In this document: positions 1 to 8,131 of the stretch, piece after piece
How the letters are laid out: the number at the start of each line of letters is the position of its first letter
How positions within the stretch are numbered: position 1 is the stretch's first letter
DNA from: an uncultured Bacillota bacterium
Lineage (GTDB): Bacteria > Bacillota_I > Bacilli_A > RF39 > UBA660
DNA: 53,614 nt
NCBI GenBank assembly: GCA_947246355.1
Contig: CAMXQX010000002.1
Span: forward strand, 1-53,614
Direction: 5' to 3'
Notes under the pieces: generated by a model
Databases searched by the model: none
What the model was told of the DNA's origin: nothing
The model's input: only the letters and a program-made list of their open reading frames with translations
Translations under genes and position numbers: made by a program

Positions 1-38
1 ATACTGTTTTACAATCCTGTATTCACTATCCTACCCCT

Positions 39-68
39 ATTTTACCCCCCCCCCCCTACAAATGTCAA
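39..68 (-). promoter_or_regulatory. Sigma-A-type promoter reading leftwards out of the window, with a homopolymeric spacer
   Basis: On the minus strand: TTGACA (63-68), an 18-nt spacer TTTGTA+G12 (45-62), then TAAAAT (39-44). It lies just downstream of the ariB-like terminator. The gene it would drive is off-window. Confidence 0.5.
45..56. repeat. C12 homopolymer (G12 on the minus strand)
   Basis: Twelve consecutive C read directly. Striking in such AT-rich DNA. Confidence 0.95.
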
Positions 69-84
69 CCCTTATTATTTCACT

Positions 85-114
85 AAAAAATAGAATTTTC
101 ATTCTATCTTTTTT
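85..114. terminator. Bidirectional intrinsic terminator downstream of the DUF4435 gene
   Basis: A6, then stem ATAGAAT (90-96), loop TTTC, stem ATTCTAT (101-107), one C, then T6 (109-114). Confidence 0.6.
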
Positions 115-117
115 ATT

Positions 118-131
118 GGGGGGGAGGGGGG
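118..131. repeat. G7-A-G6 tract, complementary to the C12 tract 61 nt away
   Basis: GGGGGGGAGGGGGG read directly, between the ariB-like stop codon (146) and the terminator hairpin. Confidence 0.95.
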
Positions 132-145
132 AAATTTTTCAAAAA

Positions 146-1066
146 TTACTTTTTGTGTTCTTCCAAAAAGAGGATCAAATCATTTGGCGTATCTGCATAT
201 TCACTTAAAGAGGACAAAAGATTGGTATGTGGTTCAAGCTCCACGGAAGTTCTTTTTGTAGTAAAATAAGTCCCATTTTGATTCTTAATTTTTAATGAAT
301 TTAAAATCCTACTTAAAAAATCCAGTTCAAATTTTCCTCTAAATAATTGCTGGCAATTGTTTTTATTAAAGAGATGGCATATTTTTTCTATTGTTGATAG
401 CCGAACATTGTATGCATTTGGAAATTCCTTTTTTAAAAAAGGTAGATCTATGGTAAATTTGGATTTAAGTTCATCAATTTCTATAGAAGAAAAGAGTTTT
501 GCAATTTTATAATCTCGAATGCATATCCGATGATCCTGTTTCTTCTGTTGCATGTTCATTTGATAATAAAGCCACGCATTAAAAAATAATATCTTTTTAT
601 GGAACTCTTCCTTCCGTTTTTCAAAATCATTAATACATTTTTGATAATCCGCATCACTTACATTAATTCCAAACTCTCTATTCAAAATTTTAGAAAAGCA
701 TTTGGAGGATATATAAAAATTTTCTATGGAATAACAAGGTGTCTGATAAATATCTTTTTTTGTTTGCCGAAGTGGGAAATAATCCCTATCAATTAAAAAT
801 ATTTTATTTACCCTATCATATATTTTTTTATTCTTAATAAGATCATAAGCCTTTAATACTTCTTTTCTACCACAACAGTTGTAATGAATGATCTCCCCGT
901 AATCATATTGTGCATACTTTTCAATACGAGAACTATAATACTTAAAATCATCTTCCCCTTCCAAAAAACAAAAGAGGCAATTATTATAAAAATTCCTATC
1001 TTGGCAAAATTTCGCAAAAGCGACAACACCTTTTCCTCTTGCTTCCCTAACTTCTTGTACGTCCAT
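146..1066 (-). CDS. DUF4435/TOPRIM-like nuclease; AriB-like partner of a PARIS-type ATPase-nuclease defence pair
   Basis: 306-aa ORF starting 12 nt after the ATPase gene on the same strand. FLEGEDDFKYY near the N-terminus and LIDRDY further on resemble the catalytic Glu and DxD of TOPRIM/OLD-type DUF4435 proteins. Recognised by motif, no search run. Confidence 0.6.
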   Translation of the reverse strand: MDVQEVREARGKGVVAFAKFCQDRNFYNNCLFCFLEGEDDFKYYSSRIEKYAQYDYGEIIHYNCCGRKEVLKAYDLIKNKKIYDRVNKIFLIDRDYFPLRQTKKDIYQTPCYSIENFYISSKCFSKILNREFGINVSDADYQKCINDFEKRKEEFHKKILFFNAWLYYQMNMQQKKQDHRICIRDYKIAKLFSSIEIDELKSKFTIDLPFLKKEFPNAYNVRLSTIEKICHLFNKNNCQQLFRGKFELDFLSRILNSLKIKNQNGTYFTTKRTSVELEPHTNLLSSLSEYADTPNDLILFLEEHKK

Positions 1067-1078
1067 TCTATAATCTAC

Positions 1079-2428
1079 CTATTCTTTCTCTTCAAGATAT
1101 TCTCCCATATTTTTAGCTAAATGATCAAATCGATTTTCAAATATAAATGGAGAATGGGTTACTGCAATTAAGGTACTACATTTTTTTGAATCAACAATAT
1201 CTGGTAAAAATTTTTCCTGCCACTTTATAGATAAGGATAACTCTGGCTCATCAAATAAAATGATACAATCTTTGACTTCTTCTATATATAATTTTGAAAA
1301 TATAGAGATTACTTGTTTTTCACCAGAGGAAAGACTTTGAATACTAATAGGAGTCTTACTATTGTCTCGATATATTCCAAGCTCTACATTCCGCTCATCA
1401 TAAATATAACTTTTTCCATTCAAATAACTATTACAAACAGCAACAAATTTTTTTACACGTTCATCGTATGCACTTTGTTTTTCATAACTATGAATTAAGT
1501 TTTTAATTAAATTCAAAAGGTAGATGTTCTTTTCGTTATAAATTTCAGAGGTGGAAACGAGCTGTTTTATCATTTCTTTATCATAATTATCAATTTCATC
1601 ACCAATTCGATCTAAAGCTATAGATAATTTATCTAAATCAATTTGCTGAGAATCAGAGGCCAACTCCCCATTAAGATACTGCTTTAATAATACTCCTGTC
1701 ATCTTTGTAAATCCATTAATCGCAGCCGAACGAATTGTCGATAGAATTTTCTCTGTTGCTTTTTCTACATCTGCCATACCAAAACGTATCAATCTGTTTT
1801 TTACTCGATCTTCTTCGACGTCAATTCCTAAATTAGACATGTCTTCTTCAATTCTTCGGTAAGTTGGAAAATAAAGAATCTCTTGATCTAAATTTTCTTC
1901 TATCTGTTTTTTAAAATCAATTACATTTCGGAAATCTCCTCTATCTTTTTTATTTAGATGGGATACAACATAACGATGCAATTCTTGTTTTGCCACCATT
2001 GGCGATAATCGATAAATATCCATTAATTTATAGCAATACTTTTTTAAGGAATCTGTATCTGTATCCTCTTTTTCAATAATATTCTTAATTTCTAATAGTT
2101 CTTTTTCTGAAAAAACTCCCTCTATATTAACATGTCTTCTTCGGTAAAGAGGGCTATAAATATATTCCTCAACATATGCAGTAATGTCTTGATGCTTTAG
2201 TTCTATTTTGCTATTGTTTTTAAAAGCTACAATCACTTCGTCAAATACGATAGCATTTAATTTTTCCATATTGCCACTTAAAACATAATACAAGCAATTT
2301 AAAATTGTGGTTTTCCCCATTCCATTTTCCCCTAGGAAAATATTAATATTTTCTTCCAAAGGGAGTTTTACATCAAATTGATGAAACAAATTTTTGATTT
2401 CAAAGTATTTTAGATGATTTCCATTCAT
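1079..2428 (-). CDS. ABC/SMC-like ATPase (AAA_15/AAA_21 type); AriA-like
   Basis: 449 aa. Walker A GENGMGKTT, ABC signature LSSGEKQ, Walker B ILFDEPELSL, H-loop AVTHSP. A long helical insertion separates Walker A from the signature motif. Confidence 0.65.
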   Translation of the reverse strand: MNGNHLKYFEIKNLFHQFDVKLPLEENINIFLGENGMGKTTILNCLYYVLSGNMEKLNAIVFDEVIVAFKNNSKIELKHQDITAYVEEYIYSPLYRRRHVNIEGVFSEKELLEIKNIIEKEDTDTDSLKKYCYKLMDIYRLSPMVAKQELHRYVVSHLNKKDRGDFRNVIDFKKQIEENLDQEILYFPTYRRIEEDMSNLGIDVEEDRVKNRLIRFGMADVEKATEKILSTIRSAAINGFTKMTGVLLKQYLNGELASDSQQIDLDKLSIALDRIGDEIDNYDKEMIKQLVSTSEIYNEKNIYLLNLIKNLIHSYEKQSAYDERVKKFVAVCNSYLNGKSYIYDERNVELGIYRDNSKTPISIQSLSSGEKQVISIFSKLYIEEVKDCIILFDEPELSLSIKWQEKFLPDIVDSKKCSTLIAVTHSPFIFENRFDHLAKNMGEYLEEKE

Positions 2429-2520
2429 AATTCTTTTATCCTTTCACCTTTTTTTATTTTAATATACTATATCTAAATTTCGATGCAAAGTCAATGTATG
2501 CCCATAAAATATATTGTTCA

Positions 2521-2568
2521 GAAAAAGAAAAAACGACATAGATTCATAGGTTAAGCTACATCGTTTTT
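2521..2568 (-). terminator. Probable terminator ending the fibre operon
   Basis: Imperfect stem AAAACGACATAG (2530-2541) / CTACATCGTTTT (2556-2567), 10 of 12 bp. A T-rich tail follows on the minus strand, directly after the stop at 2579. Confidence 0.4.
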
Positions 2569-2578
2569 GTATAATTAT

Positions 2579-4186
2579 CTATTTTGTAATGGTATACTCT
2601 ATCGCATAGGAACTGCTTGTATCAGATAAAACAGTAACATTGCTTTCTGTGATATTTGTTTTAAAGTAAGTATTTAAATACGCTACAATATCCATAACAG
2701 AGGTCTTTGTTGTATGAGATACAGATACCTTTAGCGTATTATTTTCTTTATTCTCAAAAGAAATTGTCATGCCGCTTGGAACAGTGAGTTCTTCAATTTC
2801 AAAAGTATTGTAATCCTGTCCCGTTGATGCGATCTTTACTAATAAATAACGATTGTTATCTTTATGTATAAAGTAGTCCGTAAATGCTACGGGAGGGGTC
2901 GATACATTCATATTATTTTTATCCCTTGTACAGTTTTTAGTAATGGAATCTTTAATTTCTTCTCTATAATAGATTGCTTGTTTGACTTCCAAAGGAATAT
3001 TACTATAATTTGACTCTAAACGACTTCTAAAGAGCATAAGCATATTTTTATATGTATCAAAATCAACTTGTGGTGGACTAACTAAATAATCGTTAGAACC
3101 GTTTAAAATCGTATTTTTAGTCAATTTGATTTGTGTATCTAGCGTCTTTGTGTCGTGATTTACAAGCTCCAATCCTTTTATACCCGTATTACCATAGAAA
3201 ATAACAGAATATATACCTTGTTTATCCGTAACGTATTTATAGATAGAATTCACAGATGTCGTATTATTAGGGTAAGCATATAAATTTAAGTAATGTTTAA
3301 ATGCTTGATTTAGTAGGTCTCTATCCGTCGTTGAAAAATACAAATTCATTTCATTTTGACCTATTTTAGTATGATTTTCGTAATAGGTTCTAGCATAGCC
3401 TACAAAATTATCTACGATATGAAATGTATATTCTTTTTTCGCACTATTGTAACTTATTTTAAAACCTAACAAGGCTTCATAATTATTTGGATGAATTAAG
3501 GCTTCTTTATTAGGATACGTATTTTTTACATAAGAAAGGATTTCTGTTTCACGATGAATAGATTTTGCATATTCTGTAATCCATTTTATAAAAATGTCAT
3601 ATATATTTTCTGAATATGGAATCGTTTTTGGGTTTTCGACGCCTATAGAAATGCGTTTTAAATAATCTTGATAACTTTCTTTAAACGTATATTTAATATA
3701 TGCTAACTTACGGTTTTCATCGACAATAATTTCATTTATCTTGGAAGTAAAATCAACATACTCTTTATTAGGATCAATTTTACATGTCATTGTTATGATA
3801 TTGGTATCCCCTTTTTCGGTATCAGGATTAAAAGTAATTGTCTTCGTTTTATCATTAACCGTCTTAACTTCTCCCTTTGAAATTACACTATCAAATGTAC
3901 AAGTACTAGGAATTGTAATTTCATAACGATCCTTTTTATTTACAATGGCTTTATTTGGTAAAAAAGTAAATTCTAATTTCGCTGTTTCTAACTTTGCTTC
4001 TTTTATTTCCATAGTATATTCATTATACATATTATAAAGATTTGCCTTATAAACCAGTTGCCCTCCATCCACATAACGTGAATAGGTCTTAGGTAAGTGT
4101 GTCAACCCAAAACTAGATAAAACAAGTAATAAAAATATTCCTAGCTTTAGATTCTTTTTATTTTCTTTCATCTTTTTCAAGTTCAT
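2579..4186 (-). CDS. Large secreted protein with a SipW-type (TasA-like) signal; putative minor or tip fibre component
   Basis: Start moved to M10 (GTGAGGAAG RBS), 10 nt after the upstream stop. The N-terminus has a basic region, a hydrophobic helix, then KTYSRYVDG, the same motif as the other two subunits. The rest has no domain I recognise. Confidence 0.6.
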   Translation of the reverse strand: MNLKKMKENKKNLKLGIFLLLVLSSFGLTHLPKTYSRYVDGGQLVYKANLYNMYNEYTMEIKEAKLETAKLEFTFLPNKAIVNKKDRYEITIPSTCTFDSVISKGEVKTVNDKTKTITFNPDTEKGDTNIITMTCKIDPNKEYVDFTSKINEIIVDENRKLAYIKYTFKESYQDYLKRISIGVENPKTIPYSENIYDIFIKWITEYAKSIHRETEILSYVKNTYPNKEALIHPNNYEALLGFKISYNSAKKEYTFHIVDNFVGYARTYYENHTKIGQNEMNLYFSTTDRDLLNQAFKHYLNLYAYPNNTTSVNSIYKYVTDKQGIYSVIFYGNTGIKGLELVNHDTKTLDTQIKLTKNTILNGSNDYLVSPPQVDFDTYKNMLMLFRSRLESNYSNIPLEVKQAIYYREEIKDSITKNCTRDKNNMNVSTPPVAFTDYFIHKDNNRYLLVKIASTGQDYNTFEIEELTVPSGMTISFENKENNTLKVSVSHTTKTSVMDIVAYLNTYFKTNITESNVTVLSDTSSSYAIEYTITK

Positions 4187-4196
4187 CACTTCCTCA

Positions 4197-4823
4197 CTAT
4201 CTCTTTTGTTCAATAGAATAATCTACTGTCATCACATTAAAATCTTGTTTTTCATTAAATATATATTTGGGATTTCCTGATTCATCCTTTACAATACCAT
4301 TAATGATATTTCCTTGTTTATCCTTATCTACTACCGTTTCGTCATACATAACGCTAACCTTATATATAGCTATGTCTTTATTTCCTGGGGAAATAGAGTT
4401 GCTAATTGTGAATACTTTATTTCCTTTTGCTTCACTTTCATTAGGAACAACTTTATCATCTTCTCCAGATAATGCAACTTTCGTAATTTTAAAATGAGTA
4501 TCTACTCGTATTGTCAATAATAATTCGGCATTTACTTCAATCTGACTTTTATCTACTGAAAAATAATATACAAGCTCCTCATAGGGACGATATTTCTTTG
4601 GATCAAAAGGGGTGGTTTCCTCTTTTTCACATTTCTCATCAGCACAATACTTAAGAGCAACATTAAATTTGGAAACTCTTGCTGTACTATCATCATCCAA
4701 CATACTTGAAATATACTTGGAATAGGTGATTACAGTTGTAAACAGCCCCATACAAATGACATACATAAATAACCATTTTCCTAAACTTTTTTTAAATTTC
4801 TTACTCTGTAATAACCCTTTCAT
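4197..4823 (-). CDS. Small TasA/BsaA-like secreted subunit (minor subunit candidate)
   Basis: 208 aa, RBS AGGTGG. N-terminus is a hydrophobic helix + ITYSKYISS...STARVSKF, parallel to GTYAKYVSE...EARVAKW of the major subunit. The C-terminal strand MTVDYSIEQ resembles ITLNIDITAEQ of the major subunit. Confidence 0.6.
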   Translation of the reverse strand: MKGLLQSKKFKKSLGKWLFMYVICMGLFTTVITYSKYISSMLDDDSTARVSKFNVALKYCADEKCEKEETTPFDPKKYRPYEELVYYFSVDKSQIEVNAELLLTIRVDTHFKITKVALSGEDDKVVPNESEAKGNKVFTISNSISPGNKDIAIYKVSVMYDETVVDKDKQGNIINGIVKDESGNPKYIFNEKQDFNVMTVDYSIEQKR

Positions 4824-4831
4824 TTTTCCAC

Positions 4832-5395
4832 CTACTTTTTCTTCTTCTTATTTAGATATTGTCTAAACTCTTCGTACTCTTTTTCTTCATCATCTAAAAT
4901 CAGATTTCCTTGTTTATCTATACTCACATAAATACCAAGAAAAATGCCATTTATCAAAATTAACACCGCGATCAAGGGGCTTTTTAATGCGCTTAGTAAC
5001 TTTTGGCCCCTACTCACTTTAAATACGTATTTCCCAACAATATTTTCTACATTCGTGGGTTGATCCTCTTTATTATTGTTGTCTCCTTTGGTTACCATTT
5101 CTACTTCATTGATAGAAATAATTCTATGGGTTACAAAGGAACCCTCTTTATCATAAAACGTTACGATATCTCCTTTTTTATAGGTTTTCTCTTTTGTATT
5201 GATAATAATCATATCCCCTATATGAAGGGTGGGTTCCATCGAACCAGATACAACTTCTAATGCTGTGTATCCCGCAATGGTTGCCATATCCTTTTTTAAA
5301 ATCCTTATACAAACAAAGCGATATATATTATAGGCAAACACTAAGGACAAAAGGAGGCAAAGCCCTACAACCAAGACCCTTTTTACTATTTTCAT
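4832..5395 (-). CDS. sipW: Signal peptidase I, SipW (archaeal/ER, S26B) type, short-tail paralogue
   Basis: 187 aa. SGSMEPTL catalytic Ser box, VTHRI His box, KGDNN box, N- and C-terminal TM helices. Matches B. subtilis SipW motifs rather than the Ser-Lys LepB type. Confidence 0.8.
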   Translation of the reverse strand: MKIVKRVLVVGLCLLLSLVFAYNIYRFVCIRILKKDMATIAGYTALEVVSGSMEPTLHIGDMIIINTKEKTYKKGDIVTFYDKEGSFVTHRIISINEVEMVTKGDNNNKEDQPTNVENIVGKYVFKVSRGQKLLSALKSPLIAVLILINGIFLGIYVSIDKQGNLILDDEEKEYEEFRQYLNKKKKK

Positions 5396-5404
5396 GCTAT
5401 AGAC

Positions 5405-8029
5405 CTATTCTTGGCAAGTTTTAATTTCTGTTTCAAAATCAAGGCCTATAGATAATCCATATTTATCATTAATACTTGCATCTGTCAATTTTTCTGCTGC
5501 GTGGTTTCCAATTAAAGTATCCAATTCATCATCAATTTCTTGCCACTTCCAAAAAACAGTAATGACAGCAGTTTCGTTAGGCGCTAATTCTATTTTTTCA
5601 TCCTCTTTAAATGGAATCATAGCAGTAAAACGATCTCCTGTTTCCTTTATTGTATCATCTTTTCTATTTAAAATCCAATATTTTTCACCAGGTTCGCCGT
5701 AATAGTATGTATAGTTATCGTCTTCAAAAGCCGAATAACGAATCATATAGCCCATATTTAGACAACCCTTATTAGGAATACAAATATTTTTTTCTTTTAA
5801 TGTCATACCTGTTATGGTAATCACATCATCACTTTCATTTGTAAAGTTCATTTTATAAGAACCTGCTGCTCCAGGATAAATGACTTTATCTTCCCCATAT
5901 TGTTTAAAATACTCTTCATTATGGAATAAATCAACTTCTGTTAACCATAGTGTTTTTTTAATAGGATTATCTACAATTGGACTAGAACTTGTCTCATAAA
6001 TTGCATACAATTCCAAATGATCCTGCAATTCTTTTATGATACTTTTATCTGTTCTATTATAGATAATTGGCCCATCAATAGATGTACTATATCCCTTAAA
6101 TTTATAGTATACACAAGTTCCATCTACCTTTCCTATCTTATATGGTTCATCGTACTTAGACAAATCTATACTTTCATCGTAAGATAAGAAGAATTCATAA
6201 GTATCTGTAAATTCGTTGAACAGTCCTCCATTGGCAGAAATGATAACATGGTACTTATTCCCAATTGCAATCTCTATATCAAATTCGGAAATAAGAATTC
6301 CTTGCACTTTTCCTACTACATGAATTTTTGAGTTTCCTATAGAACCTGCTTGAATTTTAAATGGAAGTGCATTGGGTTCCGTATGATCTCCCACATATTC
6401 TAAAGTAATATCTCCTGTGTCATTGGCACTATCTACTGTTAAAGTAACACAGTAACTATTATCATCGTTGCAAATGGAAACTTCTTTGGAATGATTAGAA
6501 TTTACGACATGCGTACTTTTTCCAGCAAACAAGTTGGTATTTAAAACAATGTCTCTTTCACCTGCGCCGTTTACATAACTCATATCGTATTTGTCTTTCA
6601 AAGAAGAAACGACATATTTATCAAATAAAATTTTGGTTTGTGCTTGTTTTCCATCATAAATTATGGATAGATTGGCTTGAGTTCCACTATTCGTCTTTCT
6701 TGGTGTTAACACAATATATCCTTTATGAACCTCAATTTCACATTCCTTTCCGTAAGCATCTAAATTAGCTTTAATACTAGCCAAATTGTATTCTTCTGTT
6801 ACATTGCCTTCTTCTTCTACAACATAATTAATAATGGATGGAATAGAGAGGTAAGTTGTGTAAGCACTATATTCAAAACGAATCGTACGTTTTGGATTAT
6901 AAATGCTAACTGTATATGTGTTTACTTCTCCGCTTTCGGATATAACAATAATCTCAAGATAATTATTTCCCTCAATTAGATGTAAATTATTCAAATCAAT
7001 AATCGAGATACCATTTAGTTTATATTGAATACTACTGGTTGCTACTTCCACCTCTGCCTTTAAAGACAAGTCCTTTTCATTATAACTAACACGTATACTA
7101 TAATTATTAATCTTTTGGTTAAATGATTGGTCTAAGTTATAATTTGAATTTAAAACCTCAAGTGATTTTAAATAATTATTTCGATTTTTGTTATTTTCAC
7201 TTGGTTTATCTTGACCAGGTTGACTTGGATTCGTATTAGGCTTATTTCCCCCAGGTTTATTATTGTTTGACTGGTTTACCTCTTGATCAATGACAGTAAC
7301 TGTATACGTATTGGTATATCTTTTTCCATTGTATGTAATCGATAAGGTAATTTTTGCAGTCCCCTTTTTATGGCCTGTAATTAAGAGTTTTCCTTGGCTA
7401 GCTATTGCTGTTGCAACGGATTCATCACTGGAAGTTACAGTAACATCCCCCTCCATTCCAATCAAACTATAGGATACCGTTTTTTGGTTATTTTGCCTTA
7501 AATTAATCGTTCCGCTATTACTAGATAAATCAATATATTTTTTAGAATCAGTAATGGTTACAGTTGCACTAGCTTCGTAAGTTTTTCCGTTGGTTGTTGT
7601 TTGTAGAGTAACGGTCACACTTCCCACTTTTTTAGGAACGATAACGACATGGCCCCCACTAACATAGCAATAAGCTATATCAGCATTACTTGTTGAACAA
7701 GTAAATCCATTTGGTGTTATTTTAGAATAAGAAAAACTAAGTCGACCGTCTTCTGCATCCAAAGCTATTTCTAAGCTATCCGTATCAAATTTTAATTCTT
7801 GATTGGTTATTGTTTCTCTATCATTGGTATCTTTATCAATAGGAATATCTTCTTCTTTTTTGAATACATTATTAATACTATCAGACAAAGAGCTTCCTAA
7901 TTTCCCAAAGAACTGAGATGTGCAACTACAGCTTGTAATTAAAAGAAGAAGTACAATGGCAAGTATAATCAATAAAATAATCTTTTTACCATCATCTTTT
8001 TCTTTATTATTTCTATTATAATTTTCCAC
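5405..8029 (-). CDS. Giant multidomain surface lipoprotein ending in a fibre-subunit-like domain (anchor/adhesin candidate)
   Basis: 874 aa, GTG start. Signal plus lipobox LLITSC. Two Big_2-like Ig repeats (e.g. SSDESVATA...GTAKITL), a Pro/Asn-rich linker, and a cadherin-like beta-sandwich (YLKSLEV...). The C-terminal ~180 aa share VxPGxxGxY, WKW and LDTxxGN motifs with the 252-aa major subunit. Confidence 0.65.
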   Translation of the reverse strand: MENYNRNNKEKDDGKKIILLIILAIVLLLLITSCSCTSQFFGKLGSSLSDSINNVFKKEEDIPIDKDTNDRETITNQELKFDTDSLEIALDAEDGRLSFSYSKITPNGFTCSTSNADIAYCYVSGGHVVIVPKKVGSVTVTLQTTTNGKTYEASATVTITDSKKYIDLSSNSGTINLRQNNQKTVSYSLIGMEGDVTVTSSDESVATAIASQGKLLITGHKKGTAKITLSITYNGKRYTNTYTVTVIDQEVNQSNNNKPGGNKPNTNPSQPGQDKPSENNKNRNNYLKSLEVLNSNYNLDQSFNQKINNYSIRVSYNEKDLSLKAEVEVATSSIQYKLNGISIIDLNNLHLIEGNNYLEIIVISESGEVNTYTVSIYNPKRTIRFEYSAYTTYLSIPSIINYVVEEEGNVTEEYNLASIKANLDAYGKECEIEVHKGYIVLTPRKTNSGTQANLSIIYDGKQAQTKILFDKYVVSSLKDKYDMSYVNGAGERDIVLNTNLFAGKSTHVVNSNHSKEVSICNDDNSYCVTLTVDSANDTGDITLEYVGDHTEPNALPFKIQAGSIGNSKIHVVGKVQGILISEFDIEIAIGNKYHVIISANGGLFNEFTDTYEFFLSYDESIDLSKYDEPYKIGKVDGTCVYYKFKGYSTSIDGPIIYNRTDKSIIKELQDHLELYAIYETSSSPIVDNPIKKTLWLTEVDLFHNEEYFKQYGEDKVIYPGAAGSYKMNFTNESDDVITITGMTLKEKNICIPNKGCLNMGYMIRYSAFEDDNYTYYYGEPGEKYWILNRKDDTIKETGDRFTAMIPFKEDEKIELAPNETAVITVFWKWQEIDDELDTLIGNHAAEKLTDASINDKYGLSIGLDFETEIKTCQE

Positions 8030-8062
8030 AAACTTCTCCCCATTTCTAGACTATAATTTAGT

Positions 8063-8101
8063 TTCCAAATAAGCCTATGAAAATCATAGGCTTATTTGGA
8101 A
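8063..8101 (-). terminator. Perfect 18-bp stem-loop after the major subunit gene (attenuator or mRNA-stabilising 3' hairpin)
   Basis: TTCCAAATAAGCCTATGA / AAA / TCATAGGCTTATTTGGAA. There is no strong T-tail on the minus strand, so this is possibly partial termination or a processing/stability element. It overlaps a second 7-bp hairpin at 8098-8115. Confidence 0.5.
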
Positions 8102-8131
8102 GTTAAATAACTTCCAGTTTATCATCGTGCA

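Noticed and set aside
4073-4093. LPKTY, resembling an LPxTG sortase signal
   Set aside because: It lies at the N-terminal signal junction rather than the C-terminus. It lacks the trailing hydrophobic and basic tail, and it is part of the TYxKY motif.
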